From the NCBI RefSeq assembly GCF_009914755.1, contig NC_060947.1: DNA of 64,000 bases. The stretch is one strand, 5' to 3'. Position 1 is the stretch's first letter. Every line of letters starts with the position of its first letter. Under the pieces are notes generated by a model. It did no database searches, was not told the DNA's origin, and saw nothing but the letters and a program-made list of their open reading frames with translations. The position numbers and the translations under genes were made by a program. The DNA comes from the human T2T-CHM13v2.0 reference genome, Homo sapiens. Below, one piece after another: positions 1-14,124 of the stretch.

Positions 1-1214
1 GTAATGTTCAGAGAAATAAATTGATCAGCGCTTATTCACTGAGGGTTTTCCTCACTCATGGTAGTATACTGTGAATTGTGTGGAAGGAGAGAAAAAATAG
101 TAAAGAAGGTAACTTTACCAAATAAAAATAAGCCATAAAAATCTTCACAAGGGAAGACTGAACCACTAAAACCCAAAAAAAAAATTCTCAATGTCATTAA
201 AAATTATTTCTATTCTCTGTAAAAACACAGTGATGAATGAGAAATTGCCTAGAGGGGAAAAGGATAGAATTAGGCTGAGGTGAAAGCAGGGAGGGTTGGA
301 GAAAGAACTAAATAAGAAGCATCAGGGGAAAAAGTGTGTGTGACGAGAGAGGAGGAAGAAGATAGGGGAAAGGAGTTTATATAGTAAAGTTAGCAGTTTA
401 CAACTGGCTCCAACGATGAAAGGACATCAGATTTGGCTTACAGTGTTAAGAGTTTAAGAACAAACCAACTGTGAGAGGTGTGACATGATGGCCATAGAGG
501 AGGAATCTACTTAAACTTTAAGAAAAATGGAGACAGTTATCAACTAGAAATAGCCACCTTGTTTAGGAAAGGAGGAACGATCAGACAATTAAGTACCCTT
601 AAGAGTTACTTGGTCCCTAATACTAGAAGTTACAAGCCCCTCACTTGGTAGACCTTCACTGGTTCTTAGTTTTAACAATAATTTTGTCTGAGATAGACAA
701 GTGACCTGCTACTTGTTTGATTTTCATCCTATGCTTCGTGGCATTGCCATTGAACAGTATCCAAAGAAGGAATGCCAAAGGGAGGAAATTAAGATGAAAG
801 AGTAATTACCCCTCAAAGCAAGCGCACCACACCATCTGTTAATTTGAGTGTGGCACTCATTACAGATCCATTGGCAAATGGCTGTGTGCTCAGGAATCTG
901 AAAAGGTTGTACCCAGAACCCAAAATCAGAATAAAAGAAGCTCAGAAGTTGAAATGTCTTAACAATTATCAACTCTCTCATTTTACATTTTTAAAAAACA
1001 GGAAAAAAGCAAATTAACATGATATAAACTCTGTACATGGATATTAAAGAACGCCAAGTAAAGGAGAGATCAGGACAAACCATTAGTCAAAAGAGGCTGC
1101 TTTCTGGGACTTAAATTTTGCTTGTAATTTTAAAGAGAGAAAGAGACGTAGATAAGTGAAGAGGGGAGACAGGAACCCAGGGAGAATGTTTCATCAGCAT
1201 CATCTTGCCGCTAC

Positions 1215-1370
1215 TCTTTTTAAGTGCCTACTGTGGAACAGACACTGCACTAAGTGTTTTACATGTGTCATCTCATTTAATCCTTACAACCACCCCACAA
1301 GGCAGGTACTACCAGTATCCTCCATTCTGCAGATGAGAAATCCAAAGACCAGACTGGACAAGTAACTTGT
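1215..1370 (-). mobile_element. MIR SINE fragment
   Basis: MIR core-like text: taagtgttttacatgtgtcatctcatttaatccttacaac...ccattctgcagatgagaaa. Confidence 0.75.
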
Positions 1371-1539
1371 TTATAGGCTATGAATCTGTGGAATATGATG
1401 AGCACATAAAGTTCCCAATTCTCAGGTCAGGTCAACAGGCCAAGGAAGAGAAGGGAACAAAAAAACAAAAACAAAAACCAAAAAACGGCAAAACACCTAG
1501 CCATCCGATTCACAATTATATTGTACTAAGAAAAAATAC

Positions 1540-1583
<44 letters not shown>

Positions 1584-1592
1584 CAGATAGAC
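1540..1592. repeat. (TAGA)n microsatellite
   Basis: About 11 TAGA units with a CAGA-interrupted end. Confidence 0.95.
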
Positions 1593-1781
1593 ACTTTGAT
1601 TATTGGTCTTATCAACATTAATGCAACATTGCTCATCATCCCACCTGTAAATATACGAATTGAGACTTTGAGAGGTTAGTGACTTATCCAAGGCTCTACA
1701 ATGAACAAACAATAGAATGAAAACTACAATTCTCATTTCCCAGTAGGTCATGGCATTAAAGTATGTTAGGGACTATAATGA

Positions 1782-2081
<300 letters not shown>

Positions 2082-3639
2082 AGGACTATAATGATCTTAG
2101 CATTTTGTATATAGCACGTGGATTTAGATTTTGGGGAAGGCAAAAAGTATGCACTTCCAGTTACATTGTTCATGGAATGTTCAAACTATAAAAGAAAGTT
2201 TATTTTCACAATGAATCTGCCTTTTTCAAAAACACAGTGCTTGCCTCTGTGTTATAAGTTGTTTTTTTCATATCCCTAATTCCACACAGTTCTATGTGTG
2301 TACATGTCTCCCCAAGCCCTACTTTCCAATAGGATGTTGACAAACACAAACATGTCACAAGGTCCCTTACAAGCCAAAATACTTTATGCAATAGAACTGC
2401 AGGTTGCTATATTCAACACCATATTATCAGCGAAGGTGGGCCACCTGGCTTACATTAATATAAGAGAAACAGCTCTAAGCAAGGCAAGGGTAAAAAATAT
2501 TTTTTCATTTATCAACTGTGTGTCTGAGAGGCTCCCTCCTGGGAGTTATAGAGAGAGAATTTTATAAAGGGCTTTGGTTGAGATTTTTTTTCTATCATTA
2601 ACAAATTTATTTTTCCACTACAAAATGAGGCCAAAATCCAAAGGCACATAAATTCCCATCATTTCTCAGATGACACTCTCCCTATGGACCTGCTGGAAGC
2701 TCATTCATATGGCAAGGAGATATGACCTTTCAGGTAGGAGCTGAGCATTTTTCAGTCCATTGTTAGAAAAAAAGAATAGAAGGGATTCTTTGCAGTGTGG
2801 CTTTTTTAGAAAATAAACTAAAAATGAAAAATGCATCCCCTCATTTATTTTTTAATGAAAGTCTGGGCATGCAGTGGGAGAGAAAATAAAGGAATCAAAA
2901 TGACGTCTACCACCCATTAGCCATTTAAGAACCGTGAAGCAAGAGAGGGAGAGCAGGGAAGAGCAGCAGGGATCCTGGGGCTGGGGTATGCAGCTTTTGA
3001 TACAGGGAGGGCAAAGTGGAGTCAATGCCTCCAGAGAGGAACCAGGGCTTCTCTTACCTCACAGTAAGTGCTCAAGAATATGTATATTTTGCAATGTAAA
3101 TGAACACAACCTCTTTTCAAACCTTTGGCAGACATGTTATAATTTCTCAAAGTCTGGGCTGATTCAGAAAAATGATTTGATAGTAAAGGCAGCTTTCCAG
3201 CATCCAGACATTTCACAGTGAGTAAATCAAATTACTTTCTTTGGACACCAATAGCTCTGGCAAACTCATGAGGTTGTCACCCCATTTCTATGCATTTCTC
3301 CCCTCTGATTCTCCCCTCTGAGACTTTTAAAGTTCAATATTCTAGAAACGATCCTCTTCCCCCCACCACTCCTCTCAAATAATAAGCTTAGAAACAATCT
3401 AATAGCAACTATTTACAACTTAGTGTGAATTTAAATAAATGCATTTTCTCTCCCCATGGACTGCTTAAAGTGTGAACAGTAACTGTAAAATGAAATGCCT
3501 CATTTTCTGTTAAAGGGATCAGAGATAGAAGCAAACAGATGAGGGGCTTTGAGTGGTAGGGTACCTGAAATCCTATAAAGTGGCTATTCCACTGACTCAG
3601 TCCCCACAATAACACTTGCTATGTTTTGGACACTTGCTA

Positions 3640-3830
3640 TATTCCAGGAAGTATTTATCTGGATCTTCTCACAACATTCTGATAGGTAATTTCTATCATT
3701 ACTCCCATTTTGCAGTTGTGAAAATTGAGGATTCGAACAAATAAGGTCAATAGCTATTAAGTGGCAAAGATAAGCATGAAACTTAAATCTGTATTATTTC
3801 AAAGTCTGTACTCTTAGCCACTATGATGTT
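3640..3830 (-). mobile_element. MIR SINE fragment
   Basis: ctcacaacattctgataggta...cccattttgcagttgtgaaaattgagg resembles the MIR core. Confidence 0.65.
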
Positions 3831-6041
3831 CTGCCTGCCTTTGTATTTACAGGCAGACTAATGATGTCAATCTTGAATATAATGGAGTAGAGTGGAAATA
3901 GTTGTACTGATTCATTAGGACTGGCTCATATTAGTTGGAGCCTGAAGTGATTGGACACTATCTGTCTGGAAGACTCCAATGAGAATTAGAATTCTTAGGT
4001 TTATCAATGAGTATTAGCTAGATAGTACATATAAAAGGAAATCTGGATTATACCCCTTTTGTCCCTGCCAATCTCGGTTTCAACCATAGATATTTTTATC
4101 TTATTTCATTCTCTCTTATCACCTCATTCTAATTTTCTGAACCTTTCCCCATCAGCCAAGATTCTGATTTTGATCCTCACTATAGATGGCTGTCATTCCT
4201 CTGTTGACTATTTGGAATTCTATGCTTGTCTCTCCCTTTCAGTGTTGCTGTAAGGGATAAATGATATATTATAACATGAGTTCCATATCACAATGATTTC
4301 AGGGACTTTTTAGGACTTTGAACATTCCATATTGATGACAATGAAAACTTAAGATACCAAAGGGGCTCCAGGTAATGCTGCAAGAATATTGGGTTCTGTG
4401 CCTGCATTTCTGGTATGGATATTTTAATCTCTAAAGGATCCTAGATGATTAATATTGGGCTTCTCGAAGAGTACCTCTTTGCTAAATCAAATAAAACAAT
4501 GTCCAGCTTTGCAGATCTCACTTATTTAATAGTCAGTCAATTCCTCATCTAGAGATTCTGTCCCCTAGGATCATGTAAGTCATTTATGCTAGGTAATTTT
4601 TTATTTTAAACAAATGAGAGAAATGAGGCACTAAAAGGTGCTGTAGACAGGTAAACGAAAGCACAGGATGAATACATGGGTCCAACACGCTTAGAACACT
4701 TATCTCATAATGCTCTTGTTCTGGGTGTAAAAAATATTAAAGAGGAAATGAGATGGGGGACTAGAGCAGGAAGGCATGGTGCTCCTCCATCTTCATCATG
4801 CAAATGTAACAGTTTGAACGTTGAGTGGGCCCATTTGATAACTCATTTTGAGCTAAACAGCATGTCAACTTCGAAGACTTTTCCCTCTCCCAAGAGTACA
4901 AAGCTCATTCCTTGGCTCATCATCCCCCAGAAAGGAAGCAAAGCACACATCTAACCCCCTCAGGCAATCAAAACAAATTCACACCAAAGGAGGAGGCAGA
5001 CAGGCAGTCTGGCAGACAGGGCTACAGCGTGGGAATGGGTACTTTCAGACAGTCAAAACATAACGGTGGTAGAAACATCTGCCGCCTACTTCAGTACCAC
5101 CGGAATCTGGAGAGTATTATAAATTATACCAACTACAGAACCAACTTTTCCTGGCATTTTAATTACCAAAACATTACAGATTAATTATCCAAACTTTACT
5201 TAAATGGCAAGTCAGTCATTTTCCTTCATGAGGTTTGAAAAGGCCATACTAACAGGAGCCTTAAAGTGAATTGTGTTTCTTTGAAAATTGTATTTTAAAC
5301 GGAAGATCTAGAGCAGATAGTTTTATGGGTCTCTAATTAGCGTCACAAAGGAAACACCAAAAGGTTAATAAGAGATGGTTAGTTGGAATGGTGGTTTCCT
5401 GGTGCCAGCTCCAGCCGCTCAGTCTGTCTGCAGACTCATTAGCTGCAGATTGATTATCAGCTGAATTCAGCAAGTGCTCACTTGCTGTTTTAGCAGAAGG
5501 CTAGTGTGATTTGATACACCTACCCTCCGGCTAACCAGGGCCCAACAATAAGGTGATATTTTCTACAGTCAAAAAAAGAAGGTTTTCTTTGACTTCAACT
5601 TCAGTTGACATCAATTATAAATCTGAAAGTGTTTGATGAAGCTGAGAGAGGCATAATGAAACCTTCCAAATTGACAGTTGGCACAAACAAAGGTCTGGCT
5701 CTAGGTCGTTAAAATCCACTTGTGCACAGACACTGTATTTCTGAGTTCTCATTTTGTCACTAAGCAAAACCATCCAGTGAAGAAAACTCCAACTTAATAG
5801 AGTACTCACAGATAGTCACTAAACTTCTAAAACATACAAACAGTGTGATGAGCATTGAGTCAAGCAAAAGAATTTGCACTTTAGGCTTCACTCTGGACTT
5901 TGCTATAGATTTGTGTTCTGACATTAATAGAGTGTTTAAAATTTTGGTGCATCAGTTTTTCTTCTAAAAAATGGAACAGATATTTACACGCAGCATGTCT
6001 CCAGAATACAATGACTACTTGAATTAAAAGAACTAAAATTT

Positions 6042-6360
<319 letters not shown>

Positions 6361-7956
6361 CTAGTGATGGTAATAATAAGAGTTCTGCAAATTTAAAACG
6401 GTTCACGTTTGCATATGAATGATGGTTCAGCATCAACATTTGACTTGCTTTGTTTTATCAACAGTGTGCAACCTGACTCATAGAAGCTGGAAGCATTTTT
6501 TTTCAATAAGCTGATTTTTAAATTAAATTAAAGTCAAAACAATTCTTTTGGTTCACCTCCCAGATTAGAGCAACTGACAGCCTCATTAATGATTAAAAAC
6601 AGCAGGTGGTGATGCCTTGGAACAGTTTGACCAGCCTAAATATCTCGAAACATACATCATTCCTCTTTTTCCTCTTTTCCATGTATTAAAAGGGAAATAT
6701 TCTATTGTTCACACAGGTTGGAAACTCCATAGAGACTGAAAGAGGAGGAAAGAAAGCAAGTTGTCAAACATTTATTATTATGCAAGTTAAGGATAGAAAA
6801 GGAGAGAATATATGAGCTTAGAGGTGGAAAAGCGACCACAGAAATTGGAAAATATATCTCTGGCATTGGACTTGGATTTGCAAACCCATGACTTGGAAGC
6901 TGCCTTGCTGCAAGAGTATCAAGTTTCTCCAAATTATTAGAGTACTGTATGTTTACAGATTTCTACTTAAAAAGAAAGCAACATTATAAGTTGTATTTTT
7001 ATTCAAAGCAGATTACAGTTGCAGTCCTGCATTACTTAGAGTCTAGGGACTAGACCATAATTTAGAAAGGCCCTAAGGCTTAGCTTACTGGGGGCAGAGG
7101 GAGATAAACTTGCTTTTAGAGTTCTAAAACTCTAGAGTTCTTTAGCCAGATTGAAAATTTTCCTGTTAAACTAAGGCAGTAACCTAAAGAGCCTTATTTG
7201 CCATTAAAATGAGTATTACTAAGGTTAAAAAGAACTAAACTAATGATAAAACAGGGTTGTCTATTATTTCAAATTTAATAGCTTGCATTTTTGTTGTCTA
7301 AACTGTCATGAAGGATAATGAAGTACAACTATTGTTTCTGATGACCAGAGACCCTCAAAAGAAAAAAGTATTTGTCATTAGGCCGCCTCAATGTGACAAA
7401 ACTTTGAGTAACTTCAGTCACAAAGAGTTCATTTTCTGATCAATTCTTTTGGCCCCTTCCAGATTCACTGCCTTTCGAATTACCTATTTTACACACCATC
7501 CTACACATACTTCCAACCACATATTAGATCTCTGAATGGCACATTGTTAAGTGAAGTCCAGTGTTTACCACAAAACCTAAAATCCTACAGCACCCTTCTG
7601 ACATTGACACCTGCACACACACACTTACAGTCCCAAAGGATTTGCTCCAAAACAGCTCTGGAGACTGATATTTCATTAATAATCTCTTCATCGCAAACTA
7701 TGAGGAACTGCTTTATATTCTCTCTACCTGGCAGAATGATTGGTCTATGGGGTTCCACTTTGTCCAGTTGCAAAAGAGTCTGTTTTATCTATCCACTGTG
7801 AGCTTTACAAGTCCATCTAAGACCTAAGCCTAGATTATGTCAGATCTTTGAAAATATGCCCAGAAGAAGAACCTGTGTGTGATCCCCTAAAAAGCAACTT
7901 TTCTGATGTTCCTAAAAAGAGCAGCTCAAACCTTTTCTAATTTGGTGCTTGATGAT

Positions 7957-8340
7957 TGATATGGTTTAGCTCTGTGACCCCACCCAAATCTCATCTCAAA
8001 CTGTAATCCCCATGTGTTGAGGGAGGGACCTGTAATCCCCACCTGTTAAGGGAGGGAGGTGATTGGATCATGGGGACGGTTTCCCCTATGCTGTTCTGAT
8101 GATGGTGAGTGAGTTCTCACAGGAGCTGATGGTTTTAAAGTATAGCACTTTCTCATTCCCTCATTCTCTCTCTCTCCTGTCACTTTGTGAAGAAAGTACC
8201 TGCTTCCCCTTCTGCCACGACTGTAAGTTTCCTGAGGCCTCCCCAGCCATGCAGAACTGTGAGTCAATTAAACCTCTTTCCTTTATAAATTACCCAGTCT
8301 CGGGCATTTCTTTATAGCAGTGTGAGAATGGAGTAACACA
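7957..8340 (+). mobile_element. ERVL-MaLR solo LTR (THE1D-like)
   Basis: tgatatggtttagctctgtgaccccacccaaatctcatc...gagtaacaca; TG..CA ends; 5-bp TSD atgat. Confidence 0.9.
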
Positions 8341-8586
8341 ATGATTTTTCTAGGCTGGAGTTTTACTGGGGATAAGCCTTATATAAAGAAAGAGAAATTA
8401 AAAAGGCTTTCTTGTCAAAAAGCCACGTTTCCAAAGTGGATGTATCAATTAAGCTTTCCTTGATGCAAAGTATACAGGGCACTGAGCCATCTGATAAAAA
8501 CAAGAGACCAAAAATACCTTGGGCAAGTCCTGACCCTGGATGACAAAAAGCATCTATCATAAAAGAGGAAAGCCATCTCACGACTA

Positions 8587-8996
<410 letters not shown>

Positions 8997-9143
8997 TTAT
9001 TTCATAACAAAAGGATTAAGAGGAAAATAAACAGAAAAAAATACTCTACAAATATTTAAAATCCATGTTTAGATTTATCATTTCCCATCCTGATAAGAGT
9101 TTATGGCTCTTAATCATCTTATGACAGGACAGAAATAATGTTA

Positions 9144-9421
9144 GGCTGGGAGCGGTGGCTCATGCCTGTAATCTTAGCACTTTGGGAGGCCAAAGCAGGA
9201 GGACTGCTGCTTGAGCCTAGGGGCTAAAGACCAGCCTGGGAAACATAGCAAAATCCCGTCTCTACCAAAATAAATTAGCCAAGCATGCACCTATGGTCCC
9301 AGCTACTCAGAAGGTTAAGGTGGGAGGGTCGCCTGAGCCCAGGAGGTCAAGGCTGCAGTGAGCTGTGATCGCACCACTGCAGTCCAGCCTGGGTGACAGA
9401 GTGAGACCCATCTCAAAAAAA
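9144..9421 (+). mobile_element. AluJ element
   Basis: Diverged dimer with J-type gaggtcaaggctgcagtgagctgtgatc. Confidence 0.9.
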
Positions 9422-9597
9422 GAAAAGAAAGAAAGAAAAAAGAAAAGAAAAGAAAGGAGGGAGGAGAAGGGAAGGGGAAAAGAGAGAGAGAAAGAGAAAA
9501 AAGGAAAGAAGGAAGGAAGGAGGGAGGGAAGGAAGGAAGGAAGGAAGGAAGGAAGGAAGGAAGGAAGGAAGGAAGGAAGGAAGGGAGAGAGAGAGAG

Positions 9598-9643
<46 letters not shown>

Positions 9644-9648
9644 GGAAA
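9415..9648. repeat. Compound polypurine microsatellite (GAAA/GGAA/GA) grown from the Alu tail
   Basis: About 230 nt of pure A/G including (GGAA)n and (GAAA)n blocks. Confidence 0.95.
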
Positions 9649-10131
9649 GTCCCACAAAACAACTTGATTTGTCTCTCATCTATTAACTTATTGGCAGTGT
9701 CCCTACTTTTCATGGCCTATAGAAGTTGATTTTTCATGAAGCTACTGGAAAACATTCACCTAGTAAATCACCCAAATAGAGCATAATTTTATCTAGCATA
9801 CTATGTTGGGGCCTGGCTTCCACCATTCCTCCAAAGAGATCACATTACACCAAAGTGTCCTTTTAAATGCATTTTGGTCTCCAGCTCAAAAATCTTAATT
9901 ACTTTCTTCACCGATCCTATGTAGTCTATTCCATACTGGACCATTTTTGCTGTTGGGCCATAAACTACTGGAGAATGAAATTCTTAATTGTTCATTGTGC
10001 TCCTTTTACATATCCTGCATCCTCTAATGCTTTCAAAATGCTTAAAAATATGGAAATTCTTAATGTCAACTAATCAAGAAAAGCTTTGGCATTTATTTTT
10101 TGATGAGTAATGAATTCCTTACCACAGGTAG

Positions 10132-10497
<366 letters not shown>

Positions 10498-10635
10498 TAG
10501 TAATAATAAATATTAAAATAACCTTGAATATCAGACAACTAAAAGTTCCAAGTAGATTGGGAAAACACACATGCACACACACACACTACATATACAGAGA
10601 GTAAGAAAGCAAGCATAAATATATATATGGAAAGA

Positions 10636-11131
10636 AACAATGTATTGTATATTTCAAGATAGCTAAAAAAGAGGATCTTAAAAGCTATTACCACAAAGAA
10701 ATGATAAATGTTTGAGGTTAGATATACTGTTTTGCAATTCATATGGTTATGTCTTCCCCAGTTTTGCTCATATAGAGACTTTTACAAATGTCTTCATACT
10801 CTTGCAAATATAAGTTTAATTACTTGAATCCAGGAATGTGGGACTAGTGTACATTTCCAGGGCATGATTCCCATAAACCCCAATCTCATATCAGGATTAC
10901 ATATTTAAGTAAGAATAATGGGATATCCACATCATCAAAAATGGTTATGCAAAGAAGCAAGGAGGAGCCAGACCCTGGCCCCCACTACTCAGCTCAGAGA
11001 TAACCCAGACAGGAAGAAATTCAAGCCCCATGATACCCCTAATCATGCAACAAATCCATGAGCCTCTGGCACCTCTGACCACTCTACTTGTCAATCACTC
11101 TTTTTAGAGACTCTCTGCAGGAACCGCATAA
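10636..11131. repeat. Mosaic local duplication: A (10636-10719), B (10711-10840, inverted), C (10839-11131)
   Basis: A matches 14147-14230 direct; B matches the reverse complement of 12276-12413; C matches 13251-13543 direct (aligned by eye). Confidence 0.93.
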
Positions 11132-11270
11132 CATATATATAACCAACGTGTGTGTGTGTGTGTGTGTGTGTATAGTGTGTGTGTGCATGTGTTTTCCCGA
11201 TATATATACATATAGATATACACATATATATACACATATACATATATATGTCTGTATATATATATATATG
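11132..11270. repeat. (TG)n / (TA)n low-complexity tract
   Basis: Visible dinucleotide runs. Confidence 0.9.
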
Positions 11271-14124
11271 TTGGGAAACACAATATGCTATAACACAATA
11301 TGTTAAATAGATATGCTATAACACAATAGCGTATCTATTTAAAATTAGACAAACGGTTGATATTATTCTTAATGTCCTGCATGAAGAAACCAATGGTGAA
11401 CTGTCCTAAAACAATTATTTGACCAAAGGGCCCATGCCAAAAGAATACTAGCAAAGAAATTCTAACAACAGGGAGGTTTCCATTAGTGAAGAACAACTTT
11501 TTATTTTAGTGATTATTTTTCCAATAAAATGTAAATGTTGCCTTGGAAAAAATCCAATTATGTGGTACAGCAGATAATTGGTTTTGAACTAAAAAAAAGA
11601 AAAAGCTCCACCTGTCACCTCTCTTCCTACCTGCCCAAAAACTGCTGAGACTGAGAGAAAGGATAAAGTTTCTGGGCATCAGAAAAAAAGGGGTACTAGG
11701 CATTGAGTGCTACTGACTGCCTCTAAACCAGCAAGGTAATTGGACATGTCAGAGATTAAACTTAGCATCCTACAATGACATTAACCAAAGATGAGTAGGA
11801 AATTCAACCTCACAACAGGTGGATTTAAAAAAAAAATGTTTACCAATGTGATACTGTCCAAATTAGAACATCAAAGGAGGAATATTTCATGACATTCCCA
11901 TTGAAAATAAGATCTTGATTGTAACAGTCTTTTCATATTGCTTCTCTTGCTTTACTGGCACAATATTCACAAGGTTTTTAATGGCCCCAAAATCTATTCT
12001 TATAATTTTTTAAAATAGAATTATTCATTTCATCATTGAGCTGGCCTTGGTCACCTCAGTAAACCCCAGATTAATAAAAGTAAAAAGATAACAACTTTTA
12101 CAGTCAATAACAGCAGTAGTTGACACATTCAATTCCCAGAGCCAGGCACATAGTGGGCACTCAAAAATATTACTGAGTAATGAGTGATATATATCTGTTC
12201 ATGGTTTATTCCTGCCTAGTATACCAGAGGCAGGATGAAAGCAGCTGGAAATCACATATATAGAAACGCTGTATACACATTCCTGGGTTCAAGTAATTAA
12301 ATTTCACTAGGTATATTTGCAAGAGGATGAAGACATTTTTTAAAGTCTCTATATGAGCAAAACTGGGAAAGAAATAACCACATGAATTGCAAAACAGTGT
12401 ATCTAGCCTCAAAGATGCTAATTCAGGTCCAGGGGGATCTAATCAACCGCTTTGTTCACGTAAAGATAAAACTTTTTGACAGCAAATGCTATTCTGATAA
12501 AATGGAATTTTCAATTACTCTATGAACATCTGGCCCATGCTACCATATCTGGAGCCCAGCAGCACACTGCTTTGCAATGACACAAAATAGTCTCCATTGA
12601 GAACTCCCTATTTTGCCAAGAGACTAATTGAAATGAGTGTTTCAAAATTCAGTGAGGAGAGAGGTGAGTCGGGGGACAGATAAGAAGATAAAAGAAGGAT
12701 GTTCAGTCATGGAATCATAATTTCTTTAAATGGCTAGAGGAAACAAAATTACATATTGTTGGTAGAGTGTTGAAAGTGTAAACATCTTAATATACCTGTG
12801 GTTGACACTAGAATAAGCATAGTACGCAGCCTACAGAACATTTTCATGGCAAATTTGTTAACAGCAGTTGCATTAGGCACAGATCAAGTTCTTCAAATCC
12901 ATGTTATACACAGCAAACATGTTAAATGCTATTCAGGTGATGAAACTGGTAAATAAACAAGTCTACTAAAACAGAAGAATCTATACTTCCAGAAATAAAG
13001 CAATCATTATATTGCATTTGGACGCATTTGGATATGAAAAGCAGCTAAATCTTACAAAAAAATTCTGTAAGTTGCTTCCATTTGGTATCAGTTAGCATGG
13101 AGGGAAACCAATTCAGTGTTGTAGCGAACTCCAAATTGGGTGCATATTAGAGCAATTAGAGTCATCTTTTCATCTGATGAATTTATAATCAATAATTAAA
13201 ACCATAAGGAAAGAGGGACTGAGTGTAATTTGAAACAAAATAGCTGAGCTTGGGACTAGTGTACACTTCTAGGGCATGATCCCTATAAACCCCAATCTCA
13301 TATCAGGATTACATATTTAAGTAAGAATAATGGGATATCCACATCATCAAAAATTGTTATGCAAAGAAGCAAGAAGGAGCCAGACCCCAGCCCCCACTAC
13401 TTAGCTCAGAGATAACCCGGATAGGAAGAAATTCAAGCCCCATGATACCCCTAATCACGCAACAAACCCATGAGCCTCTGGCACCTCTCACTACTCTACT
13501 TGTCAATCACTCTTTTTAGAGAGTCTCTGCAGGAACCGCATAAAGGCAAAATTCTTATCCCCACCAGAGGGTGGTAATTTTACCAGGTAACTCAGACTCC
13601 CTCAAGCCAAGTAATTCCCTCAGGGACAGAAGGCATCAGTTAAAAAATTTGAGTGTTGACTCCCAAGCTCAGCACCAAATTGCCTCAAGAACCAAATCAA
13701 GTGGTAAAACCCGCCAATGACAACACTTACTTGGTCTCAAGCCACTCAGAGCTATTAAGAGACAGCATTCCAAATTGCCATTCTACAATACACCAGTAGA
13801 AAGCACAGGATAAAGAATTCTCTATCATCTTCTTTTCTGGGAAGCCATAACAAGAGCTGAATACTAAGGACAAACTGAAACGTATTAATTCATGGGCACT
13901 GGATAACAAATCAATTTGTAATTCAGTCAGCTGGCAACCAGGAAATTCAGCTTAGCCAGTTCATCAACCAACTGACCTGGTCTTAGGCATGTCAAGAGAA
14001 ATACCAAGATTGACAGTAATCCAGAAAGCAGAGATTCCTGTCATTCTCTCTCATTTCCACCCTCACTGAGCTCACGAATGTGTCTGGTTGGACAATCAAA
14101 CACAATCCTTCTGGTGTCTATACA

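Noticed and set aside
8001-8060. 29-bp tandem duplication inside the THE1-like LTR
   Set aside because: Small internal LTR duplication, probably a subfamily feature; no sign of locus-specific significance.
9307-9713. Overlapping low-complexity ORFs (FLPS/KEGR repeats)
   Set aside because: Translation of a stop-free GA microsatellite.
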